Below are positions 29,077 to 38,523 of a stretch of DNA of 64,000 bases, one piece after another. The notes beneath the pieces were generated by a model. It was not told where the DNA came from. It saw only the letters and a list, made by a program, of their open reading frames with translations, and ran no database searches. Made by a program: the position numbers and the translations under genes. Source of the DNA: Methanomassiliicoccus sp. UBA6 (GTDB lineage Archaea; Thermoplasmatota; Thermoplasmata; Methanomassiliicoccales; Methanomassiliicoccaceae); NCBI GenBank assembly GCA_002508545.1, contig DAVH01000062.1, positions 559 through 64,558 of the forward strand. Reading direction: 5' to 3'. The first letter of the stretch is position 1; every line of letters starts with the position of its first letter.

Positions 29077-29613
29077 CTACGGCGCTCGCTTCCGCCTCTC
29101 GTCCCAGTCCTGCCGGAGGATGGACATGAGGACGCTGTCGACATACCTGCCGTCCTTGAACCGGTGATGTCGGACCACCCCCTCGCGGACGAAGCCGCAC
29201 TTCTCGTAGCACCTGATGGCCCGATGGTTGCCGACGTCGGCGTAGAGGCCCACCCGTTCCAATCCGAGCTCGTCGAAGAGGTACCCCAGCAGCACGGTGA
29301 TGGCATCGGTCCCGTACCCCCGGGACCAGAGATCCTTCTCTCCGATCATGATGCCCAGGTCGGTCTTCCGGTTCCTCCAGTCCAACCCGATCATGCCGAT
29401 GTTGCCGATGAGGCGGCCGTCCCGGGTCTCGATGGAGAAGGCCTTGTCCTTGCCCGCCGTCATGTGATGATACCACACCACCTCGTCCTCCATCGACATG
29501 GGGGGCTCGAACTGGAGGTACGTCGTGACCTCGGGGTCGTTGATCCACTTGACGAACGTGGGCAGGTCGCCCTGCTCGACGGCCCGGATGCGGACGAGAG
29601 CGCCTTCGAGCAT
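29077..29613 (-). CDS. RimJ/RimL-type GNAT acetyltransferase
   Basis: IGEKDLWSRGYGT, NHRAIRCYEKCGFVREG. Confidence 0.92.
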   Translation of the reverse strand: MLEGALVRIRAVEQGDLPTFVKWINDPEVTTYLQFEPPMSMEDEVVWYHHMTAGKDKAFSIETRDGRLIGNIGMIGLDWRNRKTDLGIMIGEKDLWSRGYGTDAITVLLGYLFDELGLERVGLYADVGNHRAIRCYEKCGFVREGVVRHHRFKDGRYVDSVLMSILRQDWDERRKRAP

Positions 29614-30149
29614 CAGCGCCTCCCCTCCTCGGCCCTTAGGACGCTCATGATGTGCGATGATGCGGGCCTCCCGTGATGATAGTGGTCGTCCCTCAGGGTC
29701 CCCTCGAGCTCGAACCCCGCGGCGCGGTAGCAGGCGATCGCACCATCATTGTAGCACGGCACCCGGAGGTACACCCGGTGAAGGTTCATGACCTCGAAGG
29801 CGTGGGCCACCATCATCCTGGCGGCCTCCACGTCCTTCCCCCGGCCCTGCTCCGAGACCTCTCCGATCACCAGGTCCAGCTCGGCGTTGGAGTTACGTAG
29901 GTCGATGTGCGAGAGCCCCGTCCAGCCGATGGCCTTCTCCGTTCCGAGGTCGACGATCATGAAATCGCGGTTGGTCGGCGACGTCAGCTTTTTCTCCACG
30001 ATCGACCGCTCCTCGTCGACCGAGATGCAGAACAGGGCGTGGCGCAGGCCGAGGTCCTCGATGACCCGCTGATCGTTGTACCACTTGTACAGGTGCCAGA
30101 CGTCCTCGCTCACCATCGGCCGGAGGCCGACCTGTGTTCCCTTCAGCAT
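29613..30149 (-). CDS. RimJ/RimL-type GNAT acetyltransferase (tandem paralog)
   Basis: IGEVSEQGRG, NDGAIACYRAAGFELEG; stop overlaps the next start. Confidence 0.88.
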   Translation of the reverse strand: MLKGTQVGLRPMVSEDVWHLYKWYNDQRVIEDLGLRHALFCISVDEERSIVEKKLTSPTNRDFMIVDLGTEKAIGWTGLSHIDLRNSNAELDLVIGEVSEQGRGKDVEAARMMVAHAFEVMNLHRVYLRVPCYNDGAIACYRAAGFELEGTLRDDHYHHGRPASSHIMSVLRAEEGRR

Positions 30150-30295
30150 CGTAGCCGCTCCGATTCCCAATGCCCCCGCTCGGTAATTAACCGTTGCCGG
30201 CCATCGATCTCGACGATGGCTGACCAATCCGAGGGTCGGGATCACGCTCCCGGAAGGTCAAAAATGGCTTAAGGCAGCAGCTGATACGACAGTAC

Positions 30296-30934
30296 ATGGA
30301 CGCTAAGATCGTTCTCCTGGGAGCTCCCGGGTCAGGCAAAGGCACTCAGGCCAAGAGGCTCTGCCAGGAGCTCGGGCTCACTCTGATATCGACCGGGGAC
30401 CTCCTCCGCGAGGCGGTACGCAACAACACCCCCCTGGGCGTCAAGGCGAAAGGGTACATGGACGCCGGAAAGCTCGTGCCGGACGAGCTGGTGATCGGAC
30501 TAATCAAGGAGAAGCTGTCCGGCCTGAAGGGCGGTTTCCTCCTGGACGGGTTCCCCCGGAACCTGGAGCAGGCCAAGATGCTGGACACCATCGCGAACAT
30601 CAACATGGCGATCAACCTGGACGTGGACGAGCAGATCATCGTCGACCGCATAGTGAAACGGCGCAGCTGCAAGCAGTGCAACGAGGTCTACCACCTCGAG
30701 GCCAAGCCCACCAAGGTGGCGGACGTGTGCGACAAGTGCGGCGGGGAGCTGTACCAGAGGACCGATGACTCCGAGCCGGTGGTGCGCGAGCGGCTCAGGG
30801 TGTACAAGGAGCGCACCCTGCCGCTGACCAAGTTCTACCAGGACCGCGGCATCTTGATCAACGTTGACGGCCAGGGGGAGATCGACGAGGTGTTCGAGAG
30901 GATCCTCAAGGCCGTCAAGGAGTTCAAACACTAG
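30296..30934 (+). CDS. adk: Adenylate kinase (bacterial type, Zn-lid)
   Basis: GAPGSGKGTQ, STGDLLR, LDGFPR, CKQC...CDKCGG lid. Confidence 0.96.
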   Translation: MDAKIVLLGAPGSGKGTQAKRLCQELGLTLISTGDLLREAVRNNTPLGVKAKGYMDAGKLVPDELVIGLIKEKLSGLKGGFLLDGFPRNLEQAKMLDTIANINMAINLDVDEQIIVDRIVKRRSCKQCNEVYHLEAKPTKVADVCDKCGGELYQRTDDSEPVVRERLRVYKERTLPLTKFYQDRGILINVDGQGEIDEVFERILKAVKEFKH

Positions 30935-31008
30935 AGGGGCCGGGCCGGGGGTGCCCGGCCCGAGCGATACATTTAAAAGTTATGAGCAGTTTCCTGGCTC
31001 ACAGCCAT

Positions 31009-31084
31009 AGCCCCGTAGTGTAGCGGTCAATCATGCGAGACTCTGGATCTTGCGACGGCAGTTCGAATCTGCCCGGGGCTACCA
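31009..31084 (+). tRNA. tRNA-Gln(CTG), CCA encoded
   Basis: AGCCCCGTAGTGTAGCGGTCAATCATGCGAGACTCTGGATCTTGCGACGGCAGTTCGAATCTGCCCGGGGCTACCA; TTTAAAA box at 30972. Confidence 0.95.
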
Positions 31085-31129
31085 TTATTCTCTCATTCTT
31101 TCAGAACATCAGGTCCGCTCACGCCGGGC

Positions 31130-31720
31130 TCACAGCTTCAGGTCCTTGGGGTCGAAGTGCTCCCTGCCGGCGGCCAGGTCTTTGAGGTACTGCTCCCCGT
31201 CCTCGGGCCCGCGCGCGTACAGGGTGTCGCCGGCCATCATGGTGGTGTGCTGGTCCGGGCCGTATATGTACCGCCGTCCCCTCCGGATGGCGATGACGAA
31301 CATCCCGGTGTTGGTGGCCAGCCGGACCTTTCCCAGGGTGGCCCCGTCAAGGTCGGAGCTCTCCCCCACCGTGACCGCGGTGATGATGACGTCCGTTTCC
31401 CTCAGCGCCAGCTGGATGACCGGATGGGGAGGCACGTCCATGCGGACCACGTCCGCGATCTTCAGCGCGGCGTTGGAGATCTCCCCTACGGACTGCGCGA
31501 GACGGATGATTAGGAGCGCCTTCTTGATGTCCTTGTCCTCGGTGGCGTTCTGGATCGCCATCTCCTGGATCTCGTTCTCCAGCTCCCTCATGCGGCTGTC
31601 GAGCTGGTAGACCTCCTCGGCGATGTCCCGGTTGTTGTACAGCAGCGACGAGTATGCCAGGTCGACCATGAGCTCGGAGGTGTCCTTGATCTCCAGCAGC
31701 ATATCTTCCAGCGCGCCCAT
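31130..31720 (-). CDS. PhoU-like + TrkA-C (RCK_C) domain protein
   Basis: EIKDTSELMVDLAYSSLL; GMFVIAIRRG...GDTLYARG. Confidence 0.88.
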   Translation of the reverse strand: MGALEDMLLEIKDTSELMVDLAYSSLLYNNRDIAEEVYQLDSRMRELENEIQEMAIQNATEDKDIKKALLIIRLAQSVGEISNAALKIADVVRMDVPPHPVIQLALRETDVIITAVTVGESSDLDGATLGKVRLATNTGMFVIAIRRGRRYIYGPDQHTTMMAGDTLYARGPEDGEQYLKDLAAGREHFDPKDLKL

Positions 31721-32346
31721 CAGTCTTCCTCCGGATACACTGGCCATTTCTCCGCACCGGAGGTGAAGCGACGCAGGCGCTCGAACCCGTCCTCGGTGCC
31801 GCGCACGACGAGCACGTCGCCCTCCTTGAGTCGCTCGGTCTCCTCCGGATCATATATCCATCGTATGCCGCGCTTGATGGCGATGATCCGCATGCCCGTC
31901 TCGGTCTCCACGCTCAGGTCTTCCAGGCTCTTGCCTCCCATGTCCGACCGGTCGGAGAGGGTCAGCAGGCGGATCTTCTCCTCCGCCTCCTTGAGCACGA
32001 GGCTGACGATGGGGCTGCCCTTGGGGTTGAGGTCCAGAAGCCCGACGATGTCCCCCGCGGCGGCGGAGATGGCGGCCGCTCCTTCGGCCACCTGCAGCAG
32101 GCCGGACAGCTGCACGGCGTCCTGGGTGGTCCTGGAGGCGAGCATCATGCGGATCTTGATCTCGTGGTTGAGGGTGTCCATCCTGGCCCCGAGGTGATGG
32201 ACCTCGGCGCCGATCTCCTGGCTGTCGAACAGCAGCGCTGCGTAGGCCAGGTCCACGATGACCTCGGAGATGTCCTTTATCTCGGTCAAAAGCTCTCTGA
32301 CGGTGAGGTTCTCCTTCTCCTCATCGCGGTCCTCGTAGTCCACCAT
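31720..32346 (-). CDS. PhoU-like + TrkA-C domain protein (tandem paralog)
   Basis: EIKDISEVIVDLAYAALL; GMRIIAIKRG...GDVLVVRG. Confidence 0.88.
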   Translation of the reverse strand: MVDYEDRDEEKENLTVRELLTEIKDISEVIVDLAYAALLFDSQEIGAEVHHLGARMDTLNHEIKIRMMLASRTTQDAVQLSGLLQVAEGAAAISAAAGDIVGLLDLNPKGSPIVSLVLKEAEEKIRLLTLSDRSDMGGKSLEDLSVETETGMRIIAIKRGIRWIYDPEETERLKEGDVLVVRGTEDGFERLRRFTSGAEKWPVYPEED

Positions 32347-32607
32347 TGCCTATTGCACCCTCCCCGGACCCGGGGCTCTATGGCGGAAGCTGAATAGAAC
32401 TTCGTTAGATCGATCCTCACTAAGGTTCAACGGTGTCCACCAGGCCGGCACTAGCCGCTCGCGCTCGTGCCATCCTTAAATTCGATTGAGATATATATCA
32501 ATTGTCGGGCATCGGGGGCCTTACCGCCCTCACGCTCCTGCCTGAGGAAGTTGATATATGAATTAGAGGTTTCCGTCAACGGGGTGAACTGATTGTTCAA
32601 GGGAACG

Positions 32608-33810
32608 ATGGCATTCTTCTCGCGCAACCGATCGGTCTTCACCCTGGGCCTGGTCGCCCTCATGATCTCGTCGATGGGGGACCTCTTGGCCGGCGCCACC
32701 CTCGGCTCCATGACCGAGGCCCTGAAGCTCATCCCCGGCCTGATGATCCTCATCACCCCGGCGATCGGCATGCGCGGCAATGTCTTCGGGGCCCTGGGGA
32801 GCCGGCTGGGCACCGCCATGCACATCGGCACCTTCGAGATGTCCACCAGGAAGGGCAGCCTGCTGAGGTCCAACATGGAATCCTCGCTCCTGCTGACCCT
32901 GGTCATGTCGGTGATCATGGGCATCCTCGCCACCATCGTCGCCACCGCCCTGGGGTCGAGGGACATCCGGGTCGAGATGCTGGTCTTCATCTCCGTTCTG
33001 GGCGGGATGCTCGCCGGCTTCGTCCTCATATTCATCAACATCCTGGTGGCGTACCTGGGGTTCAAGCGCAACTGGGACATCGACAACATCTCCGCCCCGC
33101 TCATCACCGCGGCGGGGGACATCGTTACTCTGCCGATGCTGTTCGTGGCGGCCATCGTGGTGTTGAACTCGCCAGACCTGGCGATCCAGATCTTCGCCGT
33201 GGTGTTCGTGGTGATCACCGCGTACCTGACCTACCGGGCCCTGTCCAACGGCCAGGGGGAGGCGCGGCGGATCTTCGTGCAGAGCAGCCCGGTCCTGATC
33301 ATATGCATCGTGCTGGACATCATCGCCGGTGTCACCATCGACCAGCAGCTGGAGAGCCTGGTGGCCCTGCCCGCGCTCCTCGTCCTCATCCCCCCGTTCC
33401 TGGAGGACGCCAACGCGCTCGGGGGCATCTTGACCTCGCGGTTCTCGTCCCTGCTGCACATGGGTATCCTGGAGCCGAACCGGTTCCCGGGAAGGGTGGC
33501 GATGGAGAACTTCGCCATCATCTACCTGTTCTCGATGTGGGTGTTCACCCTGGTGGGCATCTCCACCTACGCCGTCGCGGTCATCCTGAACCTGGGGACA
33601 CCGCCGCTGTGGGAGATCGTCCTCCTGTCCATCACCGCCGGCCTGGTGACTGTATCTGCGCTGAACATACTGTCGTACTACGTCTCGGTGTTCACCTTCC
33701 GCATGAGGCTGGACCCTGACGACCACTCCATACCGCTGACCTCGTCGGCGATCGATTCGGTGGGCGCGGTCGCCCTCATGGCCTTCATCATCATCTTCGG
33801 CCTGGCTTGA
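32608..33810 (+). CDS. MgtE-family divalent cation transporter (duplicated membrane domain)
   Basis: PAIGMRGN...SRLGT, DIDNISAPLITAAGD and DPDDHSIPLTSSAID repeats. Confidence 0.88.
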   Translation: MAFFSRNRSVFTLGLVALMISSMGDLLAGATLGSMTEALKLIPGLMILITPAIGMRGNVFGALGSRLGTAMHIGTFEMSTRKGSLLRSNMESSLLLTLVMSVIMGILATIVATALGSRDIRVEMLVFISVLGGMLAGFVLIFINILVAYLGFKRNWDIDNISAPLITAAGDIVTLPMLFVAAIVVLNSPDLAIQIFAVVFVVITAYLTYRALSNGQGEARRIFVQSSPVLIICIVLDIIAGVTIDQQLESLVALPALLVLIPPFLEDANALGGILTSRFSSLLHMGILEPNRFPGRVAMENFAIIYLFSMWVFTLVGISTYAVAVILNLGTPPLWEIVLLSITAGLVTVSALNILSYYVSVFTFRMRLDPDDHSIPLTSSAIDSVGAVALMAFIIIFGLA

Positions 33811-33892
33811 GCAAGGCTGCGGCGCCGGAGGTGCGGGGCATCCTCGACAAGCTTATACTCTCCACCTCGTTCCGGATACCAAGTGGTAGGAC

Positions 33893-35050
33893 ATGATAGA
33901 CCGTGATGCCATCTTCGAGCTTCTTGACGATTATGACCTGAGCGATGCCAAGATCGGGGTGATCGGATCCCATTCCGCGCTGGACACCTGCGACGGGGCG
34001 GTGGAAGAGGGATTGCGCACCCTGGCGGTCTGCCAGGACGGGAGGGACACCCCTTACTCCAGATACTTCAAGGCCTTCCGGGACAACGACGGGCGGGTCT
34101 ACAGGGGCATGGTCGACGAGGTGATGCTGCTCCCCAAGTTCAGGGACGTCATCAAGCCGGAGGTCATGGCCGACCTCAGGAAGAGGAACGTGCTCTTCGT
34201 CCCCAACCGGTCGTTCACCTCTTACTGCTCCATCGACTCGGTGGAGAACGAGTTCATGGTCCCCCTGGTGGGCTCCAGGAACCTGCTCCGCAGCGAGGAC
34301 CGCGGCGGGCCCAAGGATTACTATTGGTTGCTGGACAAGGCCGGCATGCCGTATCCCCGCAGGATCACCGACCCCAAGGACATCAACTCCCTGACCATCG
34401 TGAAGCTGCACCACGCGAAGAAGAAGCTGGAGCGGGGCTTCTTCACCTGCGCGTCGTACCGCGAGTACCAGGAGAAGTCGGAGCAGCTCATCCGGCAGGG
34501 AGTGATCGACCGGGAGTGCCTGGAAGGGGCGCGCATGGAGGAGTACATCATCGGCCCGGTGTTCAACCTGGACTTCTTCTACTCGCCCCTGGAGAGGCAG
34601 GGGGAGAGGGTGGAGCTGATCGGCGTGGACTGGAGGTTCGAGAGCTCCCTCGACGGTCACGTGCGCATACCCGCGGCCCAGCAGCTCACGCTCAACGAGG
34701 ACCAGAAGGTGCCGGAGTACACCGTGTGCGGCCATAACTCCGCCACGCTGCGGGAGTCGCTGCTGGAGAATGCGTTCAAGCTCGCCGAGCAGTACGTCGA
34801 GGCGGCCAGGGAGCACTTCGCCCCGGGCATCATCGGGCCGTTCTGCCTGCAGACCTGCGTGGACAAGGACCTGAAGTTCTACATCTACGACGTGGCGCCG
34901 CGCATCGGCGGGGGCACGAACGTCCACATGAGCGTCGGGCATGCCTACGGCAACTCGCTGTGGCGCAAGAACATGTCCACCGGGCGCCGGCTGGCCATGG
35001 AAGTGCGCAGGGCGCTGGAGGAGGACCGCCTGAAGGAGATCGTCACCTGA
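33893..35050 (+). CDS. purP: Formate--phosphoribosylaminoimidazolecarboxamide ligase family (PurP/PurP-like)
   Basis: IGSHSALD, FVPNRSF, ERGFF, TLRESLL, GIIGPFCLQ, APRIGGGTN, MSTGRRLAME. Confidence 0.88.
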   Translation: MIDRDAIFELLDDYDLSDAKIGVIGSHSALDTCDGAVEEGLRTLAVCQDGRDTPYSRYFKAFRDNDGRVYRGMVDEVMLLPKFRDVIKPEVMADLRKRNVLFVPNRSFTSYCSIDSVENEFMVPLVGSRNLLRSEDRGGPKDYYWLLDKAGMPYPRRITDPKDINSLTIVKLHHAKKKLERGFFTCASYREYQEKSEQLIRQGVIDRECLEGARMEEYIIGPVFNLDFFYSPLERQGERVELIGVDWRFESSLDGHVRIPAAQQLTLNEDQKVPEYTVCGHNSATLRESLLENAFKLAEQYVEAAREHFAPGIIGPFCLQTCVDKDLKFYIYDVAPRIGGGTNVHMSVGHAYGNSLWRKNMSTGRRLAMEVRRALEEDRLKEIVT

Positions 35051-35059
35051 GCCGCTGAC

Positions 35060-35785
35060 ATGAACTGGCGGCTGGTGGACTCGGACCTCATCGCTCCGGC
35101 GATGGCCTCGGCAGTCGACGAGGCCATTCTCTTGTCCAGGGCCGAGGGCGCCGTTCCCGACACCCTGCACCTGTACCGCCGGAGCTGCCCGACGATCTCC
35201 CTCGGCCACTTCGAGAGGATGGCGGAGTGCGTGGACCTGGAGGCCGCCCGGCGGTCGGGGGTCGCCCTGGTCCGCCGGATGTCCGGGGGAAGCGCGATCT
35301 ACACCGACCCGGACCAGATCGTGTACGCCGTGGTGGTCGGCCAGGGGTCGGTGCCGGAGAGCCCCCAGGAGACCTTCCGACTGCTGTGCCAGGGAGTGAT
35401 CGCCGGCCTCCGGGGGCTGGGCGTTGAGGCGGAGTTCAAGCCGATCAACGACGTCCTGGTCCGCGGACGGAAGATCTCCGGCAGCGCGCAGGTGCGGCGG
35501 CACGGCGTCGTCCTGCAGCACGGCACCCTCATCGTCCGCGCCGATCACGATCGGATGCTCTCGGTGCTCCGCAGCAAGCGCACGAGGGACGAGATGACCT
35601 CCCTGGCCGAGGAGGTCGCGGAGCTTCCTTCGATGTATGATATCAAAGCAGCGCTGGTCGCGGGGTTCGCTTCGGTGCTGGGGGTCGAGATGGTACCCGG
35701 GGCGCTCACTGAAGCGGAGCGGCGTCGGGCCGAGACCCTCGCCCGCGCCACCTACGATGATCCGGCCCACACCCGCCTGTACTGA
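35060..35785 (+). CDS. Lipoate-protein ligase A family (catalytic domain only)
   Basis: MASAVDEAIL, VRRMSGGSAIY, NDV...RKISGSAQ, QHGTL. Confidence 0.9.
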   Translation: MNWRLVDSDLIAPAMASAVDEAILLSRAEGAVPDTLHLYRRSCPTISLGHFERMAECVDLEAARRSGVALVRRMSGGSAIYTDPDQIVYAVVVGQGSVPESPQETFRLLCQGVIAGLRGLGVEAEFKPINDVLVRGRKISGSAQVRRHGVVLQHGTLIVRADHDRMLSVLRSKRTRDEMTSLAEEVAELPSMYDIKAALVAGFASVLGVEMVPGALTEAERRRAETLARATYDDPAHTRLY

Positions 35786-35843
35786 CGCATTTCGACCATG
35801 GCCCAATTATTAATACTCGCAAATTTTTTTCCTGGCGAGGGGC

Positions 35844-36347
35844 ATGATAGCAGAACCGGGAACGAACGACCAGATACGGCATGTGATCTACAACGTCAAG
35901 GCCAAGAAGGGCATGGCCGGCGCGATCAGGGACTACGACCTACTCTTCATGGACAACGGCATCCTGTTCGCCTGCACCGCCGGGGCGCTCAAGAGCGTCC
36001 TGAAGGCGTCGGTGGGAGCGCAGTTCGGGGCGGTGGGGGCCGCCCTCGCCCAGGGGTCGATGGAGAAGGACAGGCAGAACGGGAGGGGCGGGCTGCAGGG
36101 CCTCACCGCCAAGCAGATCCTGGAGAAGAACGACAAGAGCTTCTACCTGCCGTACATGGACGTTCAGACGGTGAGCCTCAAGAAGGGCCTGACCGGCATC
36201 GGCAAGATGTCGTTCCACCTGCTCGAAGCGCGGTACGACTGCGAGTTCTCCAAGGATCAGATGGACGCGGCCAGGGCGGCCATTGGGTACAAGCTGTCGG
36301 CCAGAATGGATGGCCCGGATCAGATGACCTTGCTGAGGTCCAGATAG
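35844..36347 (+). CDS. Hypothetical protein (glycine-zipper segment; PH-like possible)
   Basis: ORF with coding-like codon use; GAQFGAVGAALA segment. Confidence 0.6.
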   Translation: MIAEPGTNDQIRHVIYNVKAKKGMAGAIRDYDLLFMDNGILFACTAGALKSVLKASVGAQFGAVGAALAQGSMEKDRQNGRGGLQGLTAKQILEKNDKSFYLPYMDVQTVSLKKGLTGIGKMSFHLLEARYDCEFSKDQMDAARAAIGYKLSARMDGPDQMTLLRSR

Positions 36348-36808
36348 GCGGTCTTCCGGTCCTCGGCCACGAACCCCAGCTTCTTGTGCAGCAGGAGGGA
36401 GCTGACGTTGTCCGGGGAGATCGAGGAGTGAATTACCTGCGCGCCGAGCTTCTTCCCTTCCTGGGCCAGGCGCTTGAGGAGCATGTACCCGACGCCCATC
36501 CTCCTGAACTCGGGGTCCACTCCGATGTTCTCCAGCCACACTGCCTTCTCGATGCCGTCGATCCAGGGGACCATCTGGGCGAAGACGAAGCCGACCACGC
36601 GGTCCCCCTCCTTGGCCACGAAGCTCAGCTGGGAGTCGCGGTAGTGCGCGAACGAGCCGCTGGCGGATGCCCCGAGCTTCTGGCGGGTCTCCTGGTCGAA
36701 CTCGTCCCAGCTGCGCTTCATCGGTCCCTCCACGTACTCGCGGATGCATGCCAGCTCGAGCATGCGTACGGACACGCGGTCCTCGTCGGATAGGGGCACG
36801 ATCTTCAT
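36320..36808 (-). CDS. GNAT acetyltransferase
   Basis: VGF...WLENIGVDPEFRRMGVG...NVSSLLLHKKLGF. Confidence 0.88.
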   Translation of the reverse strand: MKIVPLSDEDRVSVRMLELACIREYVEGPMKRSWDEFDQETRQKLGASASGSFAHYRDSQLSFVAKEGDRVVGFVFAQMVPWIDGIEKAVWLENIGVDPEFRRMGVGYMLLKRLAQEGKKLGAQVIHSSISPDNVSSLLLHKKLGFVAEDRKTAYLDLSKVI

Positions 36809-38523
36809 CACATCTCCTCCGGGGCGCTCAGGCCGAGGGTGGTCAGCACGTTCGCCAGGACGATCCGGGTCGCGTTCACGAGCGCCAGGCGGGCATCCCT
36901 GTTCTCCTCGCCCTTGAGCACCGGGACGTACGTGTAGAACTGGTTAAAGGCTGCTGCGACCTCGTGGCCGTAGGCCGGCAGCGCCTGTATGCGCTGCTTC
37001 TCCCCGGCCTCGCGGATGACCGCGGGGTACCGGGCGAGGGCCCGGATGAGCTTGAGCTCGTACTCGTTGGTCAGCACCCCCGGGTCAAAGGACGAGGCAG
37101 CCTGGCCGGCCTTCCGCAGGATGCTGCAGGCGCGGGCGTGGGCGTACTGCACGAAAGGCGCCGAGTTCCCCTCGAAGTTGAGGGCGTCCTCCCACTTGAA
37201 CACCAGGGGCTTCTCCGGCTGCACCCGCGCGATGTTGTACCTGACCGCGCCTCGGCCGATGGCCCTGGCGATCTCGAGCATGCGCTCCTCCGTCAGGTCC
37301 GTCCGCCGCTTGCGCACCTCCTCCAGCGCCCGGGCCTCGGCCTCCTCGATGAGGTCGTCGAGGTACACCACGGTGCCCTTGCGGGTGGACATCCGGCCTT
37401 CGGGCAGGGAGACGAAGGAGTAGAACACGCACTCCGGCGAGCGCTCCTGGCCGAGGAGCTTGAGGGCGATGGCCAGCTGAGCTTGTCCGAGCTTCTGGTC
37501 CTCTCCCAGGATGTTGATGGTGCGGTCCGCCCGGCGGAACTTGTCAAGGTGGTACGCCATGTCCCTGGTGGTGTACAGCGTGGTACCGTCGGCGCGGGTG
37601 AAGAAGAACCGCGTCTCCTTGCCGTGGATGCCGAACGGCTTGAGCTCGAGGTAGCACGCTCCCTGGTCCTCGCCGCAGTGCTCCGAGCGCTTCAGCCGCT
37701 CGACCACGTTGTGCGCGGTGCCGTCCTTGATGAACTCCGATTCCCAGGTGAACTGGTCGATGACCACATTGATCGTGAGCAGGCTCTCGATGATGCCGTC
37801 GAGCATGAGCTTGGCGGTCTTGCGGACCTTGGCCATGACCTCCTCGTCGCCGTCCTCGAAGCGGCGGAGCATCAGCCCCACCTGCCTCGCGACCTCGGGG
37901 TCCTCCTCCATCATCCTGTTCGCCTTCTGGTAATACACCACCAGGCGGTGATCGGCCTTCTCCCTCTCGATGGCCTCCACATCTTCGGCAGGGATGTTCT
38001 CAAGGCCCCAGGTCAGCAGCACCACCTGCTTCCCCACGTCGTTCACGTAGTACTCGGTGGTGACATCGTAGCCGTACGCCCGCATGCACCGGGCCAGCGT
38101 GTCCCCGATGATGGGGTTGCGGGCCCGTCCGACATGTATCGGGCCGGTAGGGTTCACGGAGGTGTGCTCCAGGAGCACCTTGAGCCCGGAGGCGTTGCCG
38201 CGGCCGTAGCTGTCCTTCATCTCCATGATCGCTCCCAGGGTCGCCATGTTGACCTTGCGGTCGTCCAGCCGGAAGTTCAGGTAGCCCTTTTCCGCCCATA
38301 CCCGGGACACCAGGTCCAGCGGCGGGAGCTTGGAGGCGGCCTCCTCGGCGATCGCGGCAGGGGCCTTCCTCAGCACCTTGGCCAGGGGAAAGCAGGGCAC
38401 GGCGAGGTCGGCCGTCCCGGTGGATGGCACCTCGATCTCGAACGGGGTGTCCGCGCCCATCTGCCGGAAGGTCGCGGTGACAGCTTCGCATATCTGCCTC
38501 TCGAACTGCTCCAGGGGATCCAT
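36808..38523 (-). CDS. argS: Arginine--tRNA ligase
   Basis: EHTSVNPTGPIHVGRAR (HIGH-like), DGTTLYTTRD, MSTRKG, GLSAPEEM. Confidence 0.97.
   Translation of the reverse strand: MDPLEQFERQICEAVTATFRQMGADTPFEIEVPSTGTADLAVPCFPLAKVLRKAPAAIAEEAASKLPPLDLVSRVWAEKGYLNFRLDDRKVNMATLGAIMEMKDSYGRGNASGLKVLLEHTSVNPTGPIHVGRARNPIIGDTLARCMRAYGYDVTTEYYVNDVGKQVVLLTWGLENIPAEDVEAIEREKADHRLVVYYQKANRMMEEDPEVARQVGLMLRRFEDGDEEVMAKVRKTAKLMLDGIIESLLTINVVIDQFTWESEFIKDGTAHNVVERLKRSEHCGEDQGACYLELKPFGIHGKETRFFFTRADGTTLYTTRDMAYHLDKFRRADRTINILGEDQKLGQAQLAIALKLLGQERSPECVFYSFVSLPEGRMSTRKGTVVYLDDLIEEAEARALEEVRKRRTDLTEERMLEIARAIGRGAVRYNIARVQPEKPLVFKWEDALNFEGNSAPFVQYAHARACSILRKAGQAASSFDPGVLTNEYELKLIRALARYPAVIREAGEKQRIQALPAYGHEVAAAFNQFYTYVPVLKGEENRDARLALVNATRIVLANVLTTLGLSAPEEM

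Noticed and set aside
29077..32346. Tandem paralog pairs (two RimJ/L GNATs; two PhoU-TrkA-C genes beside MgtE)
   Set aside because: Common arrangements in archaea; nothing beyond ordinary duplication is visible.
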